From NCBI GenBank assembly GCA_038064735.1, contig JBBTSI010000003.1, positions 90,525 to 154,524 on the forward strand: a stretch of DNA of 64,000 nt, in the 5' to 3' direction. This stretch comes from Patescibacteria group bacterium (GTDB lineage Bacteria > Patescibacteriota > Minisyncoccia > Phycocordibacterales > WO2-35-19). This document shows positions 26,243-36,753 of the stretch, one piece after another. Both the position numbers and the translations under genes were made by a program. Position 1 is the first letter of the stretch; each line of letters begins with the position of its first letter. The notes beneath the pieces were generated by a model. The model did not search any database. It saw only the letters and a list, made by a program, of their open reading frames with translations, and was not told the DNA's origin.

Positions 26243-29017
26243 ATGAAAAATATAATTCTTAGAACAAGACTTTCGAAACTATTTTCGATTTTCTTGTCTT
26301 TATCTATGTTCGTTCAAGGAGCAGTCTTTTTGCCTGTAGTTGCGTCGGCAACTATTAACAACAATAATGGTAATAATGACCACAAGATCAATATATGCCA
26401 TTTTGATAACTCAGGTTCTAATCCATGGCAAGGTATTCAGATAGATGAAAATGCTTGGAGTGCACATCAGGGTCATGGGGATTTTCTTTATGGTAATGGA
26501 CCACTTACAAATGATGGTAAACCAAATAATTACCAACATAAAGCAGATACATGGTGTAAAGATCATGCGATAGCAACTCTTACTCTTGTAAAATCAGTTG
26601 ATAATCAAGCTGGGGGTGAAGCTTTATCATCAGCATGGACTCTTTCTGCAGATGGCCCAACTTCTATTTCTGGTTATTCTGGTGAGGAATCAATTACCGC
26701 TGCAGATGTAAAAATCGGTACATATACTCTTTCTGAATCTGGTAATTTAGAAAATTATGAAGCAAGTGATTGGTCTTGTGTTCCAATTAAAAATGATGGA
26801 AACAAAATAAATTTAGTTGTAGGAAATGATGTAACTTGTACCATAACGAACACTTATGTTCCTCATGCACCTACTACCGGCACAATTCAAATCACCAAAT
26901 ACGAATGTCCTGCTGATACGACTGTTACTCGCGCTTTGAACGGGCCAAGTGAGACAGATATAGATAAGAATACTTATGCTGTTCCAAATGGTTGTACGTT
27001 ACAAAAAGATGCAAAATTCGGGTACACCTATGATGCAAGTAACAACACAAACAATACCGGTCCTTATCTTGGTTTGTTTGGTGACACAACACCTTTTGTG
27101 CCTTTTTCTCTTACAGATTCAAATGGTGTAACTACACTCAATGATGCTGCAATTCCAGGACGATACATTGTTGTAGAACTTGATTCTAGTGGCAAACAGC
27201 TTCCTTCATCAGATATGCTTAGTTTGTACTGTTATGGAGATGGGGATACAAGCACAACTAATGATAATCAAGAGATTACATTTTCTGTTGCGGGTAAAGT
27301 TTCGACTTGTGTAACTTACAATAAAAAAGTTGAAGAAGTTCCTCCACCTGTTGTAGTTAGTTGTCCAACTGGTACCACTCAATCATCCAAACCTGTAGAT
27401 ACTTTGACTGTACCATCAACTTCTTCAACACCAACTCCAAGTAACATTTCTTTGGATAGTGGTAAAAATTATTTGGTAGTTTCTTCTGGAACTTGGCACA
27501 ATCTCCCATACAACTGGTCAGATGCTGAATATACAAGCACTGACGATTGGGCAACAAATAAGAATGGCTATGATATAGACCCATGGTTTTTGGGAGAAGG
27601 CGAATTTGATTTGCAGGTAGATAGTGCTTTTGTAAATTGGGGAAGTTACAATCCAAATCACACGTATTCTTATCTTTACACAGGCAATGGTGCTCTAGCT
27701 AGTTTCTTGATATTTGATGGTGATTCTACTGCTTCAACTCCAGTGCCAAATACTGGTTGGTATGGAGACAATGAAGGCAGTTTGGATGTAAAGATTTATT
27801 CTTGTGATCCAATACCTCCTCAATGTAATGAAAATGTAGCACAAACAATAGTAAGTGATGCCTCTACTCAGTTTGGTGATGGTAATTCTATCGTTCTAGA
27901 TGGAACTATGGTTGGGGGTGGTATTTTGCCCCCAGGTGGTGCTTGGGCAGATATCCTAGGATCTTCATGGATTTGGGGGACAAATGGTAGTTCTGAAGAT
28001 ACGACAATACCAACAACCGAAGTTTTCACTAAAAATTTCACTATTACAGGAGCACCAATTTCAGCTTTGCTTGACCTCTCTTCAGATAATGGTTATGTAG
28101 TGAAAGTTAATGGTTCGGAGGTTGCAAGCAAGAATGTTGATCCAACTGATGAATATAATTATAAAAATGTTGACCAACATGATATTACAAGTTATGTAAA
28201 TTCGGGCGCAAATACACTTGAAATATCAGTAACTAACTTTGGTCGTCCAGATACAACATTTATGAATAATCCCGGTGGTTTAATCTATAAGCTTGCGATA
28301 AACCAAAATGAATGTACTGCACCTATCAATGGAGGTTGGTCAGTTTTGAATTCCAATGCTTGCCCAACGGCACCAGGTTCACCAGCAAGTGTTTTGACTG
28401 CTACTTGTACTAATCCAGCTCCAGCCAATGGTGGCTCCGGTTGTGTGCCTCCTACCCCAACACTTTCTTGTGATGCAGTGCCTCCAACCCCGATAATTGG
28501 TTGTATGAATAGTAGTGCTAACAACTATAACGCCAATGCAAATCAAGATACTAATCCTACTTCTTGTACTTATAATCCAACAAATCCTAATCCAACAGTA
28601 GTTACTACCAGTGGTGGAGGGAGAAGTGGTAGTAGACATCGTGATGTTGTTAGTAGTAGCGGAGCGGGAGAAGTCTTAGGTGCTTCAACTGAAAATCTTA
28701 CATGCGAACCATATTTGAAGAGTTATATTAAATTGGGAGCAAAGAATGATGTTGAAGATGTTAAAAGATTGCAAACCTTCCTCAATCAATTCTTTGAAGT
28801 AAATAACCCAGTTACCGGATTTTATGGACCGGTAACTTATGAGATGGTCAAGAAATTCCAAGCTCGAGAAGAGGCCGGCACACTTGCCCCTTGGGCTAGT
28901 GCAGGTTCACCAACTAATGGTCCAACTGGTTATGTTTATAAAACCACTCAGAGATGGATAAACATATTAAAGTGTCCTGATATGATAGCCAATACTCCAA
29001 TCCCTTCACTTCCATAA
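26243..29017 (+). CDS. Large (924 aa) secreted surface protein: prealbumin/SpaA-like fold region, Thr/Pro/Cys-rich segments, C-terminal peptidoglycan-binding (PG_binding_1-like) domain
   Basis: Signal peptide; TLTLVKSVDNQ...YTLSESG...VTCTITNTY; C-terminal YIKLGAKNDVEDVKRLQTFLNQ...GFYGPVTYEMVKKFQ. Confidence 0.7.
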   Translation: MKNIILRTRLSKLFSIFLSLSMFVQGAVFLPVVASATINNNNGNNDHKINICHFDNSGSNPWQGIQIDENAWSAHQGHGDFLYGNGPLTNDGKPNNYQHKADTWCKDHAIATLTLVKSVDNQAGGEALSSAWTLSADGPTSISGYSGEESITAADVKIGTYTLSESGNLENYEASDWSCVPIKNDGNKINLVVGNDVTCTITNTYVPHAPTTGTIQITKYECPADTTVTRALNGPSETDIDKNTYAVPNGCTLQKDAKFGYTYDASNNTNNTGPYLGLFGDTTPFVPFSLTDSNGVTTLNDAAIPGRYIVVELDSSGKQLPSSDMLSLYCYGDGDTSTTNDNQEITFSVAGKVSTCVTYNKKVEEVPPPVVVSCPTGTTQSSKPVDTLTVPSTSSTPTPSNISLDSGKNYLVVSSGTWHNLPYNWSDAEYTSTDDWATNKNGYDIDPWFLGEGEFDLQVDSAFVNWGSYNPNHTYSYLYTGNGALASFLIFDGDSTASTPVPNTGWYGDNEGSLDVKIYSCDPIPPQCNENVAQTIVSDASTQFGDGNSIVLDGTMVGGGILPPGGAWADILGSSWIWGTNGSSEDTTIPTTEVFTKNFTITGAPISALLDLSSDNGYVVKVNGSEVASKNVDPTDEYNYKNVDQHDITSYVNSGANTLEISVTNFGRPDTTFMNNPGGLIYKLAINQNECTAPINGGWSVLNSNACPTAPGSPASVLTATCTNPAPANGGSGCVPPTPTLSCDAVPPTPIIGCMNSSANNYNANANQDTNPTSCTYNPTNPNPTVVTTSGGGRSGSRHRDVVSSSGAGEVLGASTENLTCEPYLKSYIKLGAKNDVEDVKRLQTFLNQFFEVNNPVTGFYGPVTYEMVKKFQAREEAGTLAPWASAGSPTNGPTGYVYKTTQRWINILKCPDMIANTPIPSLP

Positions 29018-29063
29018 ACACCACACAATCTCCGCTAAAGCGGAGATTGTGTTATAATTTGGG

Positions 29064-29582
29064 TTGATGATTAAAATTAAAGAAATTATGAAATTAAAAA
29101 TCGCCATTGTTTGTTTGGTTTTTTTGATTTTGGTGGTGGGTTTGGTGCCGACTTTTAGGGTTGGGGTGATGGATTCTCTTTCGGCTATTTATGCAGCTGT
29201 CTTGGTTAATCTCACAAACCAAAATAGGGTAGCTGCAAATTTATCTGAACTTACAGTAAATCCTGTTCTTGAAAAAGCTGCTCAAATGAAAGCTGATGAT
29301 ATGGCTATCAAAGGTTACTTTGCGCACAACACTCCGGAAGGTCTTACTCCTTGGTATTGGTTTGGACAAGCTGGTTATGAGTACAAATACGCAGGTGAAA
29401 ATCTGGCTGTTAATTTTGAAAATAGTGAAGATGTAGAGACCGCTTGGATGAATTCCCGTGGCCATTTCTTAAATATTGTAAATCCAAAATACACCGAAAT
29501 TGGCATTGCTACCTCCACAGGCATCTACAAAGGCCGACAAGCTGTCTTCGTCGTCCAAATGTTTGGTACTCCTTTGAGATAA
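29064..29582 (+). CDS. CAP/SCP/PR1-like (YkwD-type) domain protein, membrane-anchored
   Basis: GYFAHNTPEG...GENLAVNF...HFLNIVNPKYTEIG. Confidence 0.72.
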   Translation: MMIKIKEIMKLKIAIVCLVFLILVVGLVPTFRVGVMDSLSAIYAAVLVNLTNQNRVAANLSELTVNPVLEKAAQMKADDMAIKGYFAHNTPEGLTPWYWFGQAGYEYKYAGENLAVNFENSEDVETAWMNSRGHFLNIVNPKYTEIGIATSTGIYKGRQAVFVVQMFGTPLR

Positions 29583-30512
29583 TTATTTCATCCTTTGTAG
29601 CTCCATATAAATATCTTCAAGAGCTTTGATGGCATCGCCGACAGCGATATTGTTTTGATGATAAAGAATATCAGTACAATCTCCAGCTGCCCAAATACCT
29701 TCTACACTGCTTCGCTGAGTTTGGTGATCTATTTTAATACAACCATACTGGTCTATTTTTAATAAATCGCTAACAAAAGAAGTTGATGGAAGGTGGCCAA
29801 TTTCTACGAAAACACCATCAGTGTCAATTTCAACACAGTCTACGAAAGGTGCGGTTCTTTTATAAACAATAGACTTTACAAATTTATCTCCCTTTATTTC
29901 AACTGGTTCGGCATTTGATAGGGATTTCATTTTGGGGTTGGCCAAAACCTTTTCTATAGTTTTGGGATCGGCATTAAATTCGAATTGAGATATCAAGGTG
30001 ACACTTTTACAATAAGCCAAAAGTTGAGCAGCTGATTCAAACCCTGCGTTGCCACCACCAACTACTACCACATCTTTGTCTGCAAAAAATGGTCCATCAC
30101 AAGAAGCACAATAGGTGATACCTTTACCTTCAAATTCTTTAGCACCAGGGACATCTAGTTTTCTTCTAGAACTGCCAGTAGCCACTAATATCGTTTTCGT
30201 TTTATAAATATCTTTACTTGTGGTCACTAAAAAGCCGTCTTTTTCTATGTGTTCAACTTTGTTTACTCTTTCTCCTTCTTTTATTTCAACAAAACCATCA
30301 GCGTATTGTTTGACGTGCTCTTTCAAATTTTTGGCCAAATCCATACCTGATATAGCCGGAGTACCTATCCAATTTTGGATTTCATTTGATTCTACAGATT
30401 GACCACCAAAAGTATCGGCGATTAATAAAGTTTTAATTTGCTTTCTGGCTGCATAGACACCCGCCGCCGCTCCTGCCGGCCCACCACCAATAATTATTAA
30501 ATCATAGTTCAT
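29583..30512 (-). CDS. trxB: Thioredoxin-disulfide reductase
   Basis: IIIGGGPAGAAAGVYAAR FAD motif, CASCDG redox CxxC, GGGNAG NADPH motif. Confidence 0.9.
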   Translation of the reverse strand: MNYDLIIIGGGPAGAAAGVYAARKQIKTLLIADTFGGQSVESNEIQNWIGTPAISGMDLAKNLKEHVKQYADGFVEIKEGERVNKVEHIEKDGFLVTTSKDIYKTKTILVATGSSRRKLDVPGAKEFEGKGITYCASCDGPFFADKDVVVVGGGNAGFESAAQLLAYCKSVTLISQFEFNADPKTIEKVLANPKMKSLSNAEPVEIKGDKFVKSIVYKRTAPFVDCVEIDTDGVFVEIGHLPSTSFVSDLLKIDQYGCIKIDHQTQRSSVEGIWAAGDCTDILYHQNNIAVGDAIKALEDIYMELQRMK

Positions 30513-30547
30513 AAGAACATATTAACATAAAAACATTTTAGAAAAAA

Positions 30548-31711
30548 TTATTTAAGTTTGGAGCGTCTGAGGAAAGCTGGTACGGCGCCCCATTCATCAT
30601 CGTCATCTATAATATTTTGTTTTTTTTCTTCTGGTTCTTCTTCTCTTTCTTCTTCTCTTTTTTCATTTCTGAATACAGAATTAAAAATTTTGCCTTTACT
30701 TTCGTTTTCTTCTGCTAAAATCCTCTCTCCACCAAATAAACTTTTCTTCATATAGGTTTCCGGAAAACCTGAAGCAATGACGGTGATTTTGATTTCACCT
30801 TTTTTAAGTTTGTCATCTTTGACGGTTCCGAATATTATTTTGGCGTTAGGATCAACAGACTCAGTGATAAGTTTGGCAGCATCGTGTATTTCAAACATTG
30901 TAAGGTCATCACCACCAGCAATAGAGAAAAGTACTCCTTTGGCGCCGTTTATAGAAACATCGAGAAGTGGGGAATTAATAGCCATTTTGGCGGCTTCTTC
31001 AGCTCTTTTTTCACCTGAAGATCTGCCTATACCCATGAGGGCTCCACCAGCATTTTCCATAATGGCTCTGACGTCAGCAAAGTCAATATTGATGATACCA
31101 GGCATAGTGATGAGGTCTGAGATACCCTCAACAGCTGATTTCAAAATATCATCACAAATAGCAAAAGCACTTTTGGCTGAAGTTTCTTTATCAATAGTAG
31201 CAAGGAGTCTGTCGTTTGGAATAACAATGAGAGCGTCAACTGATTGACGAAGTTCTTCAAGGCCGGATTCAGCAATACGTGTCCTTTGTTGGCCTTCAAA
31301 AGAAAAAGGTTTGGTGACTACACCGACAGTGAGAGCTCCGAGTTCTTTGGCGGTACGAGCAATGACAGGACCAGCTCCGGTACCAGTACCACCTCCACCG
31401 CCATAAGCAATGAAGACCATATCGGCCCCTTTTAGAGATTCTTGAATTTCTTCTTTAGTTTCTTCTACAGCTCTTTTACCAAGCTCTGGGTTCATACCAG
31501 CGCCGAGTCCGTGAGTTAAGTTTTTTCCGATGTGGATTTTCTTTTTAGCTTCTGAGTGATGTAGGTCTTGAGCATCTGTATTGACGGCAATAAACTCAAC
31601 TCCTCTCACTTTGGAATTAATCATGTGGTTAACCGCATTTTTACCTGAACCACCAACTCCTATAACTTTTATTCTAGCAAATACTTCTATTTCTGGTTTT
31701 ATTTGAGGCAT
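30548..31711 (-). CDS. ftsZ: Cell-division GTPase FtsZ
   Basis: GGGTGTG tubulin signature, acidic C-terminal tail. Confidence 0.95.
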   Translation of the reverse strand: MPQIKPEIEVFARIKVIGVGGSGKNAVNHMINSKVRGVEFIAVNTDAQDLHHSEAKKKIHIGKNLTHGLGAGMNPELGKRAVEETKEEIQESLKGADMVFIAYGGGGGTGTGAGPVIARTAKELGALTVGVVTKPFSFEGQQRTRIAESGLEELRQSVDALIVIPNDRLLATIDKETSAKSAFAICDDILKSAVEGISDLITMPGIINIDFADVRAIMENAGGALMGIGRSSGEKRAEEAAKMAINSPLLDVSINGAKGVLFSIAGGDDLTMFEIHDAAKLITESVDPNAKIIFGTVKDDKLKKGEIKITVIASGFPETYMKKSLFGGERILAEENESKGKIFNSVFRNEKREEEREEEPEEKKQNIIDDDDEWGAVPAFLRRSKLK

Positions 31712-31789
31712 ACGACTATACTAGCAAAGAAGTTTTAAAATTACAAAACTTGTCAAAATCTATATATATGTTTTAAAATTAGGCAAGAA

Positions 31790-32962
31790 TTAAGGTAAAA
31801 AACGTTTCAAAATCTGAAATGATTTTTTGAACAAATTTGAACCATAAGTTTTTAGACCTAATCTTTCTTCTTCATCTGGAAGGTTGCCCATGATGCATAA
31901 ACCGTAAGCTACTGACCAAGAGGAATCTTTCATTTGAAATTTTTCGTTGCCGGTGTTTATGGAAGCGATACGTGAAGGCAAACGCAAAAAACTACGTGCC
32001 AAATCTTCAATGATACCGATAGATGATGAACCACCAGTAATGATAATGCCAGCAGGCAAGACTCCGGATTTGCCGATTTTTTTCAGATGAGCTTCAATAA
32101 GTTCAAAAATATCTCCGAGTCGCGCAGAAACTATTTCTTCCAATTTTTTTCTTGAATAACTAGTAGAGGTAACGCCTCCGAGTTTGATAGCTTCAGCTTC
32201 TTCCAAAGAAACTTTGAGTCCTAAAGCGATGTCGTTGGTGATGTCTGATCCGCCGATAGGGAAGACTTCAAGAGATATTGGTATATTATCTTCAAATACG
32301 ACGATAGATACTGTTTCGGCACCGATGTTGGCTAATACACAGCCGGCAATTTTTTGACTTTTGGAAAGAGTGACGAAACTTGCTGCAATGGGTGAGGCTA
32401 CTACATCTATAACTTCAACTCCGGTTTTTTCTACCGCTAATACCAAATCATCTAAATGGGGTTCAATACAACTTACGAAAAGGGCTTTGGTTTCAAGCTT
32501 AACACCCTTCATACCGAGGACCCTGCCCATAACTTGTTTACCGTCTATTTTCCATCCAGTGGGAATTGTATAAATTATTTTTCTATTTTGCAGAACTGTA
32601 TTTGGTATGGATTCTTCAGCGACAGAAAGGGCTTGTTCTACATCGTTTTCGGTCACTTCTTGATCGGCTCGACTGATGATAGTTGAGCCTTGAGAATTAA
32701 TGCCGGAAAGACCGACACCGCCTATAGAAATGAAAACTCTTTTTATTTTAGTGCCTGAAGATTTTTCAGCTTGTGCCAAAGCTACGTTTACACTTTTGGT
32801 AACATCTGAAGTGTTTATTATATATCCATGCCTGAGACCTTTTGATTCAGCTCTGCCTGTACCAAGTATCGTCGGCAAAGAACTCTCTTCATTTTGTTGA
32901 GTAACAATAACTCTAACTTCGTAAGTTCCTACGTCTATACCTGCTGTGATACCTCTGCTCAT
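31790..32962 (-). CDS. ftsA: Cell-division protein FtsA
   Basis: Actin-fold ATPase upstream of ftsZ; GIDVGTYEVRV N-terminus. Confidence 0.88.
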   Translation of the reverse strand: MSRGITAGIDVGTYEVRVIVTQQNEESSLPTILGTGRAESKGLRHGYIINTSDVTKSVNVALAQAEKSSGTKIKRVFISIGGVGLSGINSQGSTIISRADQEVTENDVEQALSVAEESIPNTVLQNRKIIYTIPTGWKIDGKQVMGRVLGMKGVKLETKALFVSCIEPHLDDLVLAVEKTGVEVIDVVASPIAASFVTLSKSQKIAGCVLANIGAETVSIVVFEDNIPISLEVFPIGGSDITNDIALGLKVSLEEAEAIKLGGVTSTSYSRKKLEEIVSARLGDIFELIEAHLKKIGKSGVLPAGIIITGGSSSIGIIEDLARSFLRLPSRIASINTGNEKFQMKDSSWSVAYGLCIMGNLPDEEERLGLKTYGSNLFKKSFQILKRFLP

Positions 32963-33293
32963 ATCTTTTCATTTTATCACTATGATCTAAGCCTTTCAAA
33001 TGAAGTAGTGCGTGGATAACTAAAAACAAGAGATAATCCTCAAAAGTCATGTCAAATTTTGGAGCTTTTATTTTTGCTATCGCTTTGCAGATTAAAATTT
33101 CGCCACTATTTTTTTCAAGTTGAAAAGAAAGTACGTCAGTGGGTTCATTTATCTTTCTATAATTTTTATTTAATTCTTTTATTTTATTTTTACTTATAAA
33201 AGCAAAAGAAAGCTCGTATGGCTTTCCTAAAATTTCATTTTTTACTTTGTCCGTCGTAGCTTTAGCGAAAGCTGGATTTCTCATGTCCACCAT
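32913..33293 (-). CDS. ybeY: Endoribonuclease YbeY
   Basis: DVLSF and HALLHLKGLDH metal-binding motif. Confidence 0.8.
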   Translation of the reverse strand: MVDMRNPAFAKATTDKVKNEILGKPYELSFAFISKNKIKELNKNYRKINEPTDVLSFQLEKNSGEILICKAIAKIKAPKFDMTFEDYLLFLVIHALLHLKGLDHSDKMKRYEQRYHSRYRRRNLRS

Positions 33294-33539
33294 TTACTCT
33301 AAAGTACCGGGCATTTTGCCCATTTTTATAAGTTCACGAATCCTGTTTCTCTCTGAGATTCTTTTGAGAGTTTTTTTCTTTTTGACGTATTCGGAAGGTT
33401 TCCTGACGCTGTATCTTCGGCCACGGAGGCGTGACAAAATACCCGAGCCTTGCACTCTTTTGGTAAATTTCCTTATGAGGCCAAGATTGTTATCATTGCC
33501 GTTTTTGGTTATTTCTACGTTTATTGCCATGTCGAACAT
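33294..33539 (-). CDS. rpsU: 30S ribosomal protein S21 (start at MFDM with AGGTG SD; ORF track extends to 33566)
   Basis: VEITKNGNDNNLGLIRKFTKRVQGSGIL...RGRRYSVRKPSEYVKKKK pattern. Confidence 0.72.
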   Translation of the reverse strand: MFDMAINVEITKNGNDNNLGLIRKFTKRVQGSGILSRLRGRRYSVRKPSEYVKKKKTLKRISERNRIRELIKMGKMPGTLE

Positions 33540-33668
33540 ATTATCACACCTATTTATTTTATGCAAAACTTTAATATTGTTATTTTATAAGGATATTGTA
33601 TTATCATCTTGGAATTAAAAGTTATTTATAGTTGCTTTGACAAACCTACACATCCGAGGAAATGAACC

Positions 33669-34205
33669 ATGAAAACAGAATTGTTGAGGTTCTTTTTTTC
33701 TTTTCCCTTTGTCACTATGGAGTCGGCCGGGGAAATGAGACACACAGCTTACTTGGCCACTTTTTTGGGGGTGGTCCTTCCTATATTTTTGATCTTGACT
33801 GTAAGCATGATCAATCAAGAACGAAAAGTGGGAACACGAAAACTCATGGTCTTTTTTGGATCAATATTCGTGAGCTTTGTATCGTCTGTGTTATTCGTTG
33901 TGGGTATAGAAACTTCCGGTGCGCATTTCGTCATGCTGTTAATATCTATACTCGCACTTGCGGTAACCAGCCAGATGGCGACCAAATCTCCTCTATCTGC
34001 GATTTTTGGAGCAATGGTAGGAGGGTTTGTTTTTTTGGTTTTCGGGGTACTGACAGAAAGTAGTAATTCAATACCATGGGGACTGACACTGCTGTTCCTT
34101 CTGGCAGAAGTGGTGTGTTTTATTTTGGCAAAAAACATCAATGCTCCAATAAAAGAAAAGCAGTCAAAAAATGATCATGTGAAGGTTAATACCTTTGGGA
34201 TATAG
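33669..34205 (+). CDS. Hypothetical polytopic membrane protein
   Basis: 4-5 hydrophobic helices; terminator-like hairpin ggtgtgagga...ctcacaccc at 34236-34262. Confidence 0.45.
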   Translation: MKTELLRFFFSFPFVTMESAGEMRHTAYLATFLGVVLPIFLILTVSMINQERKVGTRKLMVFFGSIFVSFVSSVLFVVGIETSGAHFVMLLISILALAVTSQMATKSPLSAIFGAMVGGFVFLVFGVLTESSNSIPWGLTLLFLLAEVVCFILAKNINAPIKEKQSKNDHVKVNTFGI

Positions 34206-34275
34206 TGGAATAAGTCAAAAAAACTATTTTGGGTGTGAGGATTAATTTTCTCACACCCTTTTTGTTTATCTGATT

Positions 34276-35439
34276 TTACAAACTTTTGATTATTTCTTTC
34301 ACACGAACAGCGAGGTTTGGGATGGAAACGGTTTCTTGGGCGTGAGTGGTGTTATTGCGGATAATGACGCAATTGTCTAGTGCTTCTTTTTGGCCGATGA
34401 GGATTATGTATGGGACGCCGGAATTTTCGGCTGTGTTTATTTGACTACCGAGTTTATCTTTGGTTATGGAGTGGAGGACCGAGGCGCCGGCTTTGTTGAG
34501 TTCTTCTAATACTATAAAACTTTTTAATTTGGCTTCCGGGCTGAATTGAATTAAATAAAACTGGGGTTTGATTTGTTTGGCCTTTACTTTTTTGAATGGT
34601 TTTTTTAGATGAGCGGAAATGTTTAAAATACAGCAAGATAAATCTTTTTTGTGGCCGATTTTTTTAGCTAATTTATTGAAGCAAAAACCGTGAGCCAATT
34701 CTTTTTCTTCACCCACATCTTTTATAGAAAAAATAGTTTCAGAACCAATATCTATATCACCAACGAGATGATTGTTTATTTGATAAGGAATATTCATTAT
34801 TTCCAAAAATTCTAAAACTTCTTTGAAATGCAGACGGCTAGCTTCTGAAAGGAAGTCTATAGATTTTGGGCATTCATCTTGAAAGTTTTGCCACTCGCAT
34901 TTATTTTCTTTCAGTACTGCACACAAATCTTTTTTGCTGGCTTGTCTCAAATCTGCCGGGAAGACATTGAAATTTTTCCTGACGAAAACTGTCAACTTTT
35001 TTTGGAAATCACTGATGGAATCTTTGTCTCCAATAGAATTTATTTGCACCTCGATATTTTTATGACCGATTTCGTTTAGGATGGCTATACCCGCTTGGAT
35101 AGAAAGACATTCGCAAACACTTTTCCCCGAGCCGAGAGAGATAAGCGAACCTTCCAATCGGAGAGTTTTTTTCTTTTCTTTGGATTTAGGGAAAGGTCTC
35201 TCACAATAAAACATGCTGGGCTGAGATTGTGACATTATTTTTTCTTCAAAATACATGCGCAAAATAGCCGCTTTTTCTTCCGGGTGGCTACTTTCTTCAA
35301 AATCTTTGACTGCATCAAAATCTTGCTTTTCTATTGATGGAGGCAAGATGGATTTGAAGCCATAAAATCTGGCGATTTTGTTAACATCACTTACTTCCTT
35401 AACTTCTCTATCTGGAGGGATTGATTTTTGATCTGTCAT
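34276..35439 (-). CDS. hisS: Histidyl-tRNA synthetase family protein (class II; HisS or HisZ-like), short form
   Basis: ARFYGFKSILPP N-terminal motif, FYCERPF motif-2-like, C-terminal anticodon-binding VPYIILIGQKE. Confidence 0.55.
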   Translation of the reverse strand: MTDQKSIPPDREVKEVSDVNKIARFYGFKSILPPSIEKQDFDAVKDFEESSHPEEKAAILRMYFEEKIMSQSQPSMFYCERPFPKSKEKKKTLRLEGSLISLGSGKSVCECLSIQAGIAILNEIGHKNIEVQINSIGDKDSISDFQKKLTVFVRKNFNVFPADLRQASKKDLCAVLKENKCEWQNFQDECPKSIDFLSEASRLHFKEVLEFLEIMNIPYQINNHLVGDIDIGSETIFSIKDVGEEKELAHGFCFNKLAKKIGHKKDLSCCILNISAHLKKPFKKVKAKQIKPQFYLIQFSPEAKLKSFIVLEELNKAGASVLHSITKDKLGSQINTAENSGVPYIILIGQKEALDNCVIIRNNTTHAQETVSIPNLAVRVKEIIKSL

Positions 35440-35459
35440 GCTGGCAAATTTATTCTAAT

Positions 35460-36071
35460 CTAATAAGAGACTTCCGCCTGTGTGGCTTGTCCAGGTTGCA
35501 AACCTATCTTGTTTAAAGGAAGAAGTCGCAATACTGGTACACCGACAATATATTTTTTAGGCACAGGTCCCCATATTCTGGAATCAGAACTGCCGGCTCT
35601 GTTGTCTCCCATTACAAAATATTCATCAAAACTAAGCCTTTTAGAGAAATTTTCATTTTTACCATAAACAACATAAGATCCGTTCAATTTAATTCCTTCT
35701 TTGTTGTCATCATTATAAACAGTGACCACACCGTTATTTATTTCAACTCTTTCTCTTGGAAAAGCGATAAGTCTTTTAATGAAAAATTTTGATGGATCTT
35801 TTGGATATCTTATAATAACAACAGATTCACGCGCCGGGTCATGAAATCTCTCGGAGAGTTGGTCAACGATGAGATAGTCACCATTTTTAAAGGTTGGATC
35901 CATAGAAGAGCCTTCTACTATATAAGGTTGGGCTATAAAAATACGGAATGGTATTACTATGATAAGAGCAATAAAGGCATATCTTATTAATTCCCAAAAA
36001 GCCGAGCCTTTTTTCTCAGCCGGCTTGTCCTCTAAGGGTTTGTTCGATATAGTTTGATTGTTTTCTTCCAT
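35460..36071 (-). CDS. lepB: Signal peptidase I
   Basis: SSMDPTF (catalytic Ser), RLIAFPRE, GDNRAGSSDSR boxes. Confidence 0.88.
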   Translation of the reverse strand: MEENNQTISNKPLEDKPAEKKGSAFWELIRYAFIALIIVIPFRIFIAQPYIVEGSSMDPTFKNGDYLIVDQLSERFHDPARESVVIIRYPKDPSKFFIKRLIAFPRERVEINNGVVTVYNDDNKEGIKLNGSYVVYGKNENFSKRLSFDEYFVMGDNRAGSSDSRIWGPVPKKYIVGVPVLRLLPLNKIGLQPGQATQAEVSY

Positions 36072-36115
36072 AATTTAAGTCATTATATTACATATAGTAA
36101 TTAATTCAAAATTTT

Positions 36116-36673
36116 ATGTTTTATATCATAGGTTTAGGTAATCCGGGGGATGAATATGTAGGGACACGTCACAACACTGGACGTATGGCAGTTGATTTTT
36201 TTGAAAAGAAAAATGAGATATCGCCAAAAAAACTATCAATTATTCATTCAAATGAATTTATGAATAATTCGGGCAAAGCTGTTTCCAAAATAATAAAAAG
36301 CAAAAAAGCTGCGGAAAATTTGATTGTAGTTCATGATGATATTGATTTGCCAATCGGGACAATGAAAATCTCTTTCAATAAAGGCACTGGCGGGCACAGA
36401 GGACTTGATTCGATAGTTAAAGTTGTGAAAACTAAAGAGTTCGTGAGGATAAGGATTGGGGTTTCGCCATCAAACAGCAAAGGTGTAGTTAAAAAACCAA
36501 ACAAAAATTTGACACCAAAAGCTGGTGAAAAAGCCATTATTGATTTCATCCTCAATAAATTCAAACCGGCTGAAATGGAAATTATGAAAAAGAATTTTAA
36601 AAAAATAAGCGAAGCTATCCAAACTCTCGTGAGCGATGGCCGTGATAGAGCAATGAATACTTTTAATTCGTAA
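36116..36673 (+). CDS. pth: Peptidyl-tRNA hydrolase
   Basis: IIGLGNPGDEYVGTRHNTG N-terminal signature. Confidence 0.9.
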   Translation: MFYIIGLGNPGDEYVGTRHNTGRMAVDFFEKKNEISPKKLSIIHSNEFMNNSGKAVSKIIKSKKAAENLIVVHDDIDLPIGTMKISFNKGTGGHRGLDSIVKVVKTKEFVRIRIGVSPSNSKGVVKKPNKNLTPKAGEKAIIDFILNKFKPAEMEIMKKNFKKISEAIQTLVSDGRDRAMNTFNS

Positions 36674-36753
36674 CGACCCCACCCCACTTTCCTTGCGGAA
36701 AGTTTCCCTCACCTTGCGAAGGTGAGGGAAGGGATTAGGAAAAATAAAATAAA

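Noticed and set aside
30777-31435. Antisense/overlapping ORFs inside ftsZ, ftsA, rpsA, the ATPase and other large genes
   Set aside because: They are low-complexity reverse-frame artefacts of strongly coding regions, with no start signals.
33662-34141. Alternative ORFs 33662..34063 (+) and 33815..34141 (-)
   Set aside because: They overlap the 33669..34205 frame, which has the coherent multi-helix hydrophobic profile; the others look like frame artefacts.
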